Assembly (NCBI GenBank): GCA_035084275.1
Contig: CM068764.1
Coordinates: 5,642,001-5,706,000 of the forward strand
DNA from: Hydrolagus colliei
Lineage: Eukaryota
Direction: 5' to 3'
DNA length: 64,000 nucleotides
The translations under genes were made by a program, and so were the position numbers. The notes under the pieces were generated by a model, which saw nothing but the letters and a program-made list of their open reading frames with translations, did no database searches and had not been told where the DNA came from. Positions 11,751-23,128 of this stretch are shown one piece after another; positions within the stretch are counted from its first letter, which is position 1, and each line of letters opens with the position of its first letter.

Positions 11751-13249
11751 GGGTCTAATGACTTGAACAAGTTGAGTGGACTAGTGGTTGAGGCCAGGAC
11801 ACCGGGCCTCATTTAAGGCATAACTGCTGATGCTGAGGATGCAAATTCAGACAGTGCCTCTCATGTGGGGAGGGTGTCCCGTGGCTTGGCTGGGCTAGAC
11901 TGTTACTGGCCAATGTTCTTTCACAGCAAATTATAGCATGCCTTTTGGGGAACCACTTTGTAGTGCAACAAAGTCAACATTAGATACAGTGACCACTCAG
12001 CATTCAAATGTTTTTGAACAGCTACTCGCTTCCTGTGTGGGTAGCACAAGGCTAGGTTTACAAAGCAATATCTGCTTCTTTCCCAGCCTCCACACTTATC
12101 AGCAGTTGACTTCTTTAATGCTTTCGTATGTTTCAAAGCCATATACCTCTTAAAAAAAAAACTAACTAAAAGACTGTAGAAAATAATTGAAATAGTATTA
12201 CATTCTTCCTTCACTCAAATAGTTCCCACATTTATCAAAAACTTGTACCGTAATGGTTAGAGCACTCGTTTCACAGGCGAGGTGACCCAGGTTCGATTCC
12301 TAGGCAGGGCAAAATGTTAGGCACGTTTCCTTTCTCCATGTGCCTCTGTTTATCTAGCAGTAAGAACCCAGTTGTCAATCGATTGGCGGATAGCTTTTGC
12401 AGGGACGATAATTGTTTCAAATAATAATAGTGTTTTTTATATTATCCTAATTAGCATTATAAGGAAACCTCAGTAACCGAAAGGCAGAGAGCAGAGAGAA
12501 AGGCAGAGACCTTCTCCAGCTTGCCAAAGCTCTAACCAGCAGTCGGATTGTATCAGCTGCAAATGCTGTGAAGCACTTTGAAATATCCCTTCCAAGGTGA
12601 CACTGTGAAACGCAAGCTTTATTATTATGCACAATTCTGGATACCGAAATGCCGCGTTGATGGAGTAAAACTAGACCCAGTGGGATTTTTGCCCCTTCGA
12701 ATTGCGCAGAGAGACGACAAGGGAAAATTCGAACACATTTTAAACTTTATTTTTATCTTTATTGTTTGCTGCAGAATGTAGGGGAGTTGTACGTGGCCTT
12801 GGCAAGCTCTCCGGAGACTTCGACTGAGGAAGATGAACCCAATCGGTGGTTGGAGTCACTGTGGGCGTGATTTCTCACCCATTCGGCTGCTTCCTATCAT
12901 TTGTCAATGCTTTAAAAGGTCTTTAAAAACGGTGATCATTTTTATGATGTTATTCTTCCCGAAATATTACTGAAGAGGTGCTTTTTCTTTATGTGACTGT
13001 CTCTAAGCTGCAGCACTTGCTAGAATGTTTTAGTTTAGCCGCACTTTTTTTTCTTTGAAATGCATGTTCACACCGCCTGGTAGTAGGTGTGAGCTTAGCA
13101 ATGATTGTATGTATTCCTTCAGAAAAACAAATAGGTCACGCGTGGCATTAATGTAATATCTCATCTGAGAAGTTTGGTGAATTCTTAAACACAGTCCGGA
13201 TTTTTAAACCGCGAATCGACTGCTCAGGAAAACTGCCGATGGCGTGCTT

Positions 13250-13500
13250 CATTGATAGGGGGTTGGCTTCCAAACAAGGAGACATAGTCTTAAAATTAGA
13301 ACCAGGTCATTTAAGATTGAAATCAGGAAGGATTTTTCACTCAAAAGGTTGATTCAATTTTTGGTGGGTTAGGGTACTAAAGGATACGGGGAAATTGGGA
13401 AATTGAAAGAATTAGTAGAGGTACAGATCAGCTATGATCTAATTAAATGGATGAACAGGCTTGAAGGTCTAAATGACCTACTCCGGTTCCTATGTTCCTA
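13250..13500 (+). mobile_element. Old CR1 3' fragment
   Basis: GGACATAGTCTTAAAATTAGA...GAACAGGCTTGAAGG...CCTACTCC..TTCCTATGTTCCTA. Confidence 0.65.
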
Positions 13501-13549
13501 CTTTGGATGAGATGTTAAAAGTTTTTCCACCAACACATTGATGGAATTC

Positions 13550-13803
13550 CATCCCTCAATCCCTCCATCTCGTTTCTTCCCTTTCCTCTTTCAAGGCCGG
13601 TTTGAAGACTTTCCTCTTCGACCGTGCCTTTTGTTCCACCCAGAATTTTTCGAACTCCCCTACGTGTTTCACCCCTCCCCGTACACACCCCTCCCCGTAC
13701 ACTCCCCTCCCAGCTCGGGTCACGCGCCTCCTGTGCAGCGCCTTGGGACGTCCTCCCGACGTGAAAGGCGCTTTATAAGTGTAATTTGTTGTTGTTGTTG
13801 TTG
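13550..13803 (+). mobile_element. L2 LINE 3' end
   Basis: CAGCGCCTTGGGACGTCCTCCCGACGTGAAAGGCGCTTTATAAGTG + (TTG)n. Confidence 0.85.
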
Positions 13804-14497
13804 ATGAATTGGGATAGTGCATTACGGTTAAAGCCAGCTCTCACCTTGTCTCACTTCCATCAACATTATGCAATGAAGATTAAATCAGTATTTTTTCAAG
13901 AGTTGCTCAAACGAGTCTTCCCGTAAGTTTCATGCATTGTAATTGAATGTTGCCTTACTCACTGTATTGATGAATAAAATAATTGATAATTGTTTGAGTA
14001 AAGTCATGGCTGAGTTGAGTATCCATGGCATATAAAAGAAGACCCGGAAATGTGTGAAGTATCTTTGTTTTTAACTTCATGAAACCTGCATTACATAAAT
14101 CATGGAGACTAAATAGCCATAATATCACAGTATTTACACCGTTGCATGGAATAAGTGGAAATACTAAACTTTAATCTCTTGCCTAACCGTTGATGGCCCA
14201 ATTAAAATCTCTTTCAATTCTTCGAAGAATTACTTTGCTCAGGAGACCACTCAACAGCTTACCTTTGATGGTTTTCCTGGCTTATTTCTTCATACAATGA
14301 CATTCTTGGCTTCACTATCTGCTCTACCCACCCAAGTGGGATATTTAAAAAATAATAATAAATTGGTCACTTCTGATTGTTTGTGGGACACTGCTGTGTG
14401 CAATTGGCTGCTGCGTTTCGCCCACAAAATAAATATTCAATTCACTTTACAGTAGATTCTGTGAAGTACTTTGAGACGTCTGGAAGGCTATATAATG

Positions 14498-15843
14498 AAA
14501 AGATATAGGCTAATAAAGGACTTAGAAAGATATAGGCTAATAAAGGACAGTCAACATGGATTTGTTAAAGGCAAATCTTGCCTTACAAATCTGATAGAAT
14601 TTTTTGATGAGGTAACGGAATGGGTGGATAATGGTAGCGCAGTTGATGTAGTTTACATGGACTTTCAAAAGGCATTTGACAAAGTGCCACATGAGAGACT
14701 TATTATGAAATTAAAGGCCCATGGCGTAAAAGGGACAGTGGCAGCGTGGATCCACAACTGGCTGCGAGACAGAAAGCAGAGAGTTGTAGTGAGCGGCTGT
14801 TTTCCAGATTGGAGGGAAGTGAGCAGTGGTGTGCCACAGGGATCGGTTTAGGGACCATTGCTGTTTGTAATCTACATCAATGATCTGGACTTGGGTGTAG
14901 GGACTACAGTTTCCAAGTTTGCAGATGACACTAAGTTAGGGAGAATAGTAAACAGTGAGTAGGATAGTAGCCATCTGCAAGAGGATATAGACAAATTGGT
15001 AAAGTGGGCAGACACATGGCAGATGAAGTTTAATGCAGAGAAGTGTGAGGTGATGCACTTTGGGAGAAGAAATGAAGGGAGGCAATATAGGCTAGATAGT
15101 ACAATTTTAAATGGTGTGAAGGAACAGAGAGACCTGGGGATTTGTGTTAGTGACTCGTTGAAGGTGGCAGGACAGGTAGACAAGGCTGTTAAGAAGGTAT
15201 ATGGGATACTAGGCTTTATAAATAGGGGTATAGAGTACAAAAGTCAGGAAGTGCTGACTAACCTCTATAGGACTTTGGTGAGGCCTCAGCTGGAATACTG
15301 TGTTCAATTCTGGTCACCACACTACAGAAAGGATGTGAAGGCATTGGAAAGGGTACAACGAAGATTTACTAGGATGGTGCCAGGATTGAGGGACTTCAGC
15401 TATGAGGAGAGGCTAGATAGGCTAGGGTTATTCTCTCTGGAGCAGAGAAGATTGAGGGGAGACCTAATAGAGGTTTATAAGATCATGAGGGGTTTCGACA
15501 GGGCAAATAGAGAAAAACTATTTCCACTCGTGGGTGAATCTGTGACTCGTGGTCACAGATTTAAAATAGTTTCAAGGCGCAGTAGAGGGGAGCGGAGGAG
15601 AAATCTTTTCACTCAGCGAGTTGTTCGAATCTGGAATGCATTGCCTGAAAAGGTGGTGGAGGCTGATTCGATAACAACTTTTAAAAGGGAATTAGATCTT
15701 TATTTAGGGAGAACGGGTCTATTAGGCTATGGGGAGCGGGCAGGGCAGTGGGATTGAATCGTTCTTTTCAAAGAGCCGGCACAGACTAGATGGGCCGAAT
15801 GGCCTCCTTTTGTGCCGTAAAATTCTATGATTCTATGATTCTA
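14498..15843 (+). mobile_element. CR1 LINE, second near-identical 5'-truncated copy, inserted in a SINE tail
   Basis: Colinear with ~8080-9400; two in-frame TAG stops (14849, ~14959); (ATTCTATG)n tail; SINE body on the left (14352-14497) and SINE tail on the right (15844-15867). Confidence 0.95.
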
Positions 15844-16414
15844 ATGCAAGTATTATTATTATTATTTACATCTCCTCCATTGTAAAACTCACCTCCAGGA
15901 ATTTGGGTTTTGAACCAGATATTACACAATAAATCTTCAAATTTATTTTTGTGAGCAAACACAGCTAACATGTGTACATACAGTTAAAACCACTTTTAAA
16001 GTGTAACCTGCAATACACTTTGAGACATCTCATTGAAGTGAAAACACACAAATGCAAAGATTACAGTACTGTATTATAATTACATACAGGCTACTTTGAG
16101 ACATTTCGACGGCATTGATACTAGGTCAAATGCAGGCATTATAAGCAGAATACTTTGATTTTTATAGAAAACTAGGATAAGTAGATAATGTCTAAACCCT
16201 TTTCTGGAATTCTAGAAAGTGAAGGCAAAGTGATTGACATTAAATAATTGTGGCTTTCAGAAAGCATTTGATCAGCATTGTCAAAATGCTGAATTTTTTG
16301 CTGAAACAAACCCCACAAGTTCATACAGGCTGTTGGGTAGTAAAAATTAGCGAGGCAACAAAATCATTACACTTATTTAATAATCCTTATTAATAATAAT
16401 AATCCTTGGATTTG

Positions 16415-16865
16415 ATATAGAGCTTTTCATGTGTTCTAGACATCTCAAAGCACTTCACAGAATATAGTGTAAAGTGAATTGACTGTATATTTGTGTTGCA
16501 CAATTGATGATAAGGGTACCGTATCAAGTTGGGCAATTATGAAAATACTGCTATGGAGAAGGCAAGGAAAATGACTCGTATTAACTGGACTATTGCATTT
16601 CATCGTATGATGATGGTAGTAATGGTTGTAAGATATGTATATAGAGCTTTTCATGTGTTCTAGACATCTCAAAGCACTTCACAGAATATAGTGTAAAGTG
16701 AATTGACTGTATATTTGTGTTGCACAATTGATGATAAGGGTACCGTATCAAGTTGGGCAATTATGAAAATACTGCTATGGAGAAGGCAAGGAAAATGACT
16801 CGTATTAACTGGACTATTGCATTTCATCGTATGATGATGGTAGTAATGGTTGTAAGATATGTATA
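16415..16865. repeat. Perfect tandem duplication, period 224 bp
   Basis: 16415-16641 equals 16639-16865 with 3-nt junction microhomology; the ORF track shows identical peptides offset by 224. Confidence 0.93.
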
Positions 16866-17269
16866 ATAAATGCATTTGATATAGAGGATCATCACGTCGT
16901 CGAGACGTCTAAAAGCTTCACAGGGTATTGTGTAAAGTGAATTGACTGCATATTTTCACTGGGTGAATCGCGGCAGCCAATTGAACACAGTCGCATTCAA
17001 TTATTGAAGCAATGAGAATGCTCATGAGGAAAAGTTGAAAGTCCAGGAATGTGGTTATGAAAGGTAATGTAAGCGATGGAGTCGGCTCCGTATTTAGTTT
17101 TGTGTTGATGAAAATACCCAGAAGTAGTGGTCAGGCGAGGGAGGTCAAACTGGCTTCACTGGGATGAAAGAAAGGATAAGCGGCTTAAATCCTCTGCTCC
17201 CATCTCATGCTCATTGTCCTGCTCTGCCTGGGTATGAGCTTTAGAGACACTGCCCCACATGAAAGGTGT

Positions 17270-17303
<34 letters not shown>

Positions 17304-17328
17304 CATATATATATGTATATATATATAT
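17270..17328. repeat. (AT)n microsatellite
   Basis: Direct read. Confidence 0.95.
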
Positions 17329-17849
17329 TTTCAAGTTGTTGTTTGTCCCTTTCTACAGTTAGTGAGGAATAGGAGTCTCTTGCCTTCGTGTCCTTCTCTC
17401 GGCAACGAAGCGATTTGTAACTTTAAATGATTTTGGCTCACATCCATTCATTGACGATAACCAGAAGTGGCCGTACACTGGTCCTGGTCACAACAATCCA
17501 AAAGTAGGTTTTTCACAGTAAGCATGTGATTATTACTTAATAAGATATCTGATCTAACAGAGTCCGCCACTGTGAAGTGTTCGCTCCGGGATTCTCCCCG
17601 GCATGAAAGGGGCTATATAAATGCAAGTTGTTGTTGATTTCAAGGAGGTGGGTGTTTTATAAATGAAAGTAGTGCCCAATATGTATGTATCTGTCCCTTT
17701 CAGTGTCAATAATACCCCTGAGGATATTGTGAAACTAGATCAGCATTACATGCCGTTCGTTTATGAATTGCACAGTTATTTTAGGTCAGTTAAGATTTTT
17801 AAGTTGGTTATCTATATTAAAAAAATGGAATAAGTCAGTGTTAAGTGTG

Positions 17850-18095
17850 TCAGCCTGGCTGAGTTGGAAGCACTCTTGCCTCCCGAGTCAGAAGGTTGTG
17901 GGTTCAAGCATCTTTTGAACTCGCGGTCCAGACTGACACGCTAACACAATGCTGGGGGAAAAGTTTCAAGGTCAGCGGTGCCGTCCTTCGGGTGAGATGT
18001 GTAAATCGAGATCCAGTCCTCCCGATCAGGTGGATGTTAAAGATCCCGTGGCACGACTCAAAAAGGGAAGGAAGTTTCTCTTAGTATCCTCGGCA
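17850..18095 (+). mobile_element. SacSINE1/DeuSINE-like element
   Basis: tRNA-like head (CACTCTTGCCTCCCGAGTCAGAAGGTTGTGGGTTCAAG) + Deu core GGTGCCGTCCTTCGGGTGAGATG..CAGGTGGATGTTAAAGATCCCGTGGCAC. Confidence 0.7.
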
Positions 18096-18144
18096 TTTAT
18101 TTATTGCGTGTGTACAAAAGGCCTTCCACGGTTGACTACAAATA

Positions 18145-18353
18145 CAGTAAAAGTCATTTATCCGTGACCCGATCAACCATAACTTCCGTATAACCGACAC
18201 CTCAAAAAAAGGTCTGCATTAGATTAACCGGAATTTATCCGGAAAAATGCAATATTTGGGGTTTTTTTTGTGTGTTTTCGACCGAATATCCGGCACGCGC
18301 TTTAACCAGCATTGGCCAGGTCCCGAGGGTGCCAGATAAACTGGCTTTTACTG
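18145..18353. mobile_element. Tc1/mariner (Tigger/pogo-like) MITE
   Basis: TA|CAGTAAAAGTCATTTATCC...GATAAACTGGCTTTTACTG|TA imperfect TIRs with TA TSD; related fragment at 45185. Confidence 0.8.
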
Positions 18354-19404
18354 TATGCGGTCACTCCACTTTTTTGGTAAATCGAGTTGAACTGCTTTGA
18401 AATGTCCCCTCAACATGAAATGTGCTATACAAAATGCAAGGAGGTTCTCTTTATTCAAGTTGACTTTGTGGCAAAGCAGATATTTCCTCGTGGCTGTGCT
18501 GCTTCGGCTAGCACCAGCGAGATGAAAACTAAAACAACTTGTTAACTGATAGTGTTTAGCCCACAGGCAGAGTTCCTTTGCACCTGACACGGCGGTGTGT
18601 GAAACAATACAGTGACACCCTGATTGGAACGCACCCAGTTCATGCTTTGATCTAGATAGATCACTATCTAGACCAAAGAAGCATCTTATGACTGTCGACT
18701 CCCTGTCTCAATGTGATGCAATTTTTCTACTGTCAATCTCTCTGAGGTATTAATTGATGCAAAGTTATCACATTTTGACCATTATTACATTACAAATGGC
18801 TTTGCAATGGAATCAATCTGCAAAATAATGGGTGGCCATTCAAACTCATTGTGTTTGAATACCTCAGCTACTATTGAGTGCTCTGGGGCTCTACCCCACG
18901 TGAATCAGGACTATATAAATGCAAGTTGTTGTAGTTGCATTAGGCTCACTATTTGCTCCTCTAATGACACCCCTATGCTAATCTCAAACCCCTGCCCTTT
19001 CCACCATCCACATGGGAAATAGTGCAAGCAGTACAATTGTAACTGTGAATTTTAGAACAGCTGTACTGCTGAGGAGAGCATATCTGAACATCCTGCGGGC
19101 ATGGTCAAGCTTAGCTTAATTATCTGCCGTCATCACAACAACAACTTGCAGTTTATTATATAGAGCCCTTCAGAGGTTGAGTCTCTCGGAGAGCTCCTAC
19201 CTCAGTTACACCATCAGTCACTGAATTTCACAGTTCAAAAATTTCTGAAACAATTTGTGGCATCTCGAGAGTGTGATACAACTCTATATCAAATGCAAGA
19301 TTATGTCCTCTTGTCGACTACAAACTTTACCAGACACCCCTTAAGGTTCAGAAACTCCATAGAAATAAATTTCAAACGATTCCTATTATAGTTTATATAT
19401 ATAA

Positions 19405-19700
19405 ATCCCTGTATTTGATATAGCGCTTTTCAGATCTTATTGATGTCCCAAACCACTTCACAGAATATACTGTAAAGTGAATTGACTGCATATCTGTGGG
19501 CGAATTGTGGCAGCCAATTGCGCACAGCAGTGTCCCACAAACAGTCATGGATTGAAATGAAAAACTTTATTATTGTGGTTTTTTTGGACGGATCATTATT
19601 AGGCGTGTGGAGTAAGGAAACTTGCCCTGACCTGCCTGGATTCAAACACAGGTCTCCCCAGCTTGCAAAACAAGTGCTCTAACCATTAAGCCACATGTCT
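19405..19700 (-). mobile_element. tRNA-derived SINE
   Basis: Family consensus, reverse strand. Confidence 0.85.
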
Positions 19701-21324
19701 GCACAATGAGTGATTTTACACTCATTCTTAGAAAATGCAAACTATTCATGTTATCCTGCTACTTCCTTTAAGAGGGGGTTTTCTTAAGCGTAAGCCTCGA
19801 TAAATGGTTAACTATTTCCTAACTAGTGCCAAATATAACCAGTGCCTAACATTTCAGCCAAATCAACTCCTGTCCATAGAGATGGATTCAAATGTGCAAA
19901 TTCCATTATACTGTATTATGAAAAACTGAGATAATTTTTCCCAAGAATAAAGCCTGTGAGCATTTAAAAAATTAATGTAATGTGGGTGGCAACTTGAGCA
20001 AGGGTTAAATACTGTCCTATATGGATGCATTTACCAGCTCTCAACAACAAAAGAATAAAACCTGCAAACTGTCAACTTACAATAGCTTCTTACATGCTGG
20101 GATAGGTAAAATGCCCTCGTATAGATTTTTAATTCAAGCCCAGATCGAAATGCAAACTTTATGACTTTAACTTCAAGCTTAAAGACTTGGAATAGCTTGA
20201 ACTGCTTGCTTCCTTCCAAGATCTTGTTTCTGGTATGCATAAAAGATATCTGGAGAGCTAAATGAATCAAAATCTAACTCAAGTCCCTGTAATTCAGTGG
20301 GTCAGACCAATGCTGATGTGTGTATGTCCTGGAACAAGCAGTTTAATTATATATGCTCAGTCTTAATAATAAAGTATTCCCTATTATTTTGTCTCAAACC
20401 ACTCCATAGGTTGCACGCAATTGGCTTCCATGTTTCGCCACAATAATACACAGTCAATTCACTTTACAGTATATTCTGTGAAGCGCTTTGAGACGTCCCG
20501 AAGACATGATGAGGCACTACAACAACATAAAATTACATTTATAGAGCACCTTTCACATCGGGAGGATGTCCCAAGGCACTATACTGTATCAAATGCAAGC
20601 ATTATTTTCATTATTTCAAAAATATTTGAGTTAAAGCCTACAAAATAGTTACTACACTTCTCTGTACATTTGTGGGTTTTATTCTTTTGTTGTTGAGGAC
20701 GCTGGACCCATTTAAGAAACCACTTGTGCAGTGATATTAAGGACGGCAGATTGGCCATTCTGGAGGGATGAGATCATCCAAACCTCTCTTGTGATCTTAC
20801 TGATGTGCTGCCTATCGTTTTTACTGTTTCAAAGCACCTCACGGGGAATTGCAGTCAAGTGCAGTGGCTGATTTGTTTGGCAATAATGATGGCCAATTTC
20901 CACCCAGCAAGAAATAAATGATTAATTTACTCGGAAGAATGTTGTTCAGGACACCAGGAGGAATTCCCTTCAATTTTTCCGCTGTGCCACTGATCGTAGG
21001 CAGATTGTGACTTTGGTTTCAAAGTTTAATATGAAGGATATATCTCTTCTTAGAATGCGGTGTTCTCCGTGCCCTACCCTAGAGTGTTGTTGTGGATTCT
21101 GAAGTCTAAATCCCAATGTGGGGCTTGAATCCACAACCTTCTGACCAAGATGGAGAATGCTTTCAATCCTGACATGCATTTTCACACCGTAGCCTCTGAA
21201 TGTGTGTGTTCTGGTATTTAATGAGATTAATCCACAAATGATAGTGAAAAAAATTAATCTTTGTGTTCAGTATAGTGCCTTCCACATTGGGTGGATGTCT
21301 CACTGCTTCGCAGGCTGTAGTGTA

Positions 21325-21720
21325 GCTCTTTCTTTCCCCCTCTTCCCTCCTCTCTCCTCCTCTTTCCTCCCCTTTCCTTCCTCTCATTCTTTCACCCCTA
21401 CCCTCTCTATCGCCTTCCCTTCCTTTCCCCTCCCTCTCTTCCCCCCCTTTCTTCCCTTTCTTCTTCTCTCACCCTCTTCTCCCTCTTTCTTCCCTCTGCT
21501 CTCTTTTTCCCCATTCTCTCCCTCTCTCTTTTCCCCCTAGCCTCCCTCTTCCCCCTTACCCCCTCTTTCTCCCCACCATTTCTCCCTGATTTTAATCCCA
21601 TCTTTCCCCCCCCTCTCCCCCTTTACCCTCCTTTCTCTCCCCTTTTCCTCCCTGACTTTACCCCACCCCACCTTTTCCTCCCTCTCCCCCCTTACCCTCT
21701 TTTCCCCCTTTCTCCCCTAA
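21325..21720. repeat. Low-complexity polypyrimidine/polypurine tract
   Basis: ~400 nt almost only C/T on the + strand. Confidence 0.9.
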
Positions 21721-22371
21721 CCCCACTTCCACGATTGTTTATGGGACACTATTGTGCACAATTGGCTGCCGCGTTTCGCCCACAAATATACAGTCAATTC
21801 TCCTACTCTCCTTCCCCCTACCCCGATCCCCCCACCCCCTGCTCTGGTCCAGACCTGATTGTTCAGCGCCTTGGGACGTCCTCCCGACATGAAAGGCACT
21901 ATATAAATGTAATTTTGTTGTTGTTGTAAACCCTGTGAAAAAATATTGAGCTGTGCTCTTGATGTGAAACTTTACATATCAAATACAGTACAATGATTAT
22001 TATTGTTTAACCTATAGGCTGGAAAATCATGGCAGGCTAATAAAAGAAAGAGACAGGTTGAGTTTAGGAAGTTGCATCATATTTTAAAACCAAAAGATGT
22101 GTATAAAACACACAGGAAAAGGTTAAAAAACGAGAGTGTTGGCTTGGCTTTAGCAGATTGTAAACAGTTGTTGTTGAGAGATCGAGCAAGGGGAAAAAGC
22201 ATATTTTGTCTTTGGGGGAGTACATTTTATTTAGTCTTAGGGGCTTTCACCCTCTTTCTGCGTCACACAATCATCAGCCTCAAACACCTTGCAAACTGCA
22301 CCATGGCCATTTGGTGACTAATAATCATATATGCCAACCATCTTGTTAGCAACTTCAATCTGAGTGGAGTA

Positions 22372-23128
22372 ACAATAATAATACTTAGAATACTTGCATT
22401 TGATATAGCGCCTTATCAGGTCTTGGAGATGTCTCAAAGAACTTCACACAATACATTGTGAAATGAATTGGCCACGAAATGTGGCAGCCAGTTGCGCATG
22501 GCAGTTTCCCCAAAACGTGGATTTTTTTGTGAAAGTATTATTAACCCCAGAAAGCAATCCGCCAATCAACTAATAGCTGGGTTACTATTTACTCCTAGGT
22601 AAATAGAGGCATATGGAGTAAGGAAACTTACCTAAGGTTTCAACCCAACTGGGGATCAAACTGGGTCCTCTCGCACGTAAAGCAAATTCTCTAACCAATG
22701 CGCTGCAGGTCTCCACAGAACTCTTGCTGTTTGGTTAAATGAATTCCTTTGAGCACAGGTAACTCAGTCTTGTGATTACTTCAGTTGATAATGATTCTAT
22801 TTACTTTGCAAGTTGCAAGTGGAGTCCTGTAGCTCAGTGGTTAGAGCACTCACTCTACAGGCGAGAGACCTGGGTTTGATTCCAAGCATGGCAAAACCTT
22901 AGGCAAGTTTCCTTACTCCACACGGATGATAATACACCCTCAAAAAAAAAATTAAAAGTTGGTCATTTCAATCCACGACTGTTTGTGGGACGCTGCTGTG
23001 CGTAATTAGCTGCCGAATTTCGCCCACAAAATATATACAGTCAATTCACTTTGCAGAATATTCTGTGAAACCCTTTGAAATGTCTAGAAGACATGAAAAG
23101 TGTCACATCAAAATGCAAGGATTATTAC
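22372..23128. mobile_element. Head-to-head SINE pair (22372-22718 minus, 22819-23128 plus)
   Basis: Two family copies in opposite orientation, ~100 bp apart. Confidence 0.85.

Noticed and set aside
18567-18582. 16-mer GCAGAGTTCCTTTGCA shared with cpd exon 13
   Set aside because: One such match is about what chance gives in a 64-kb self-comparison, and it does not extend.
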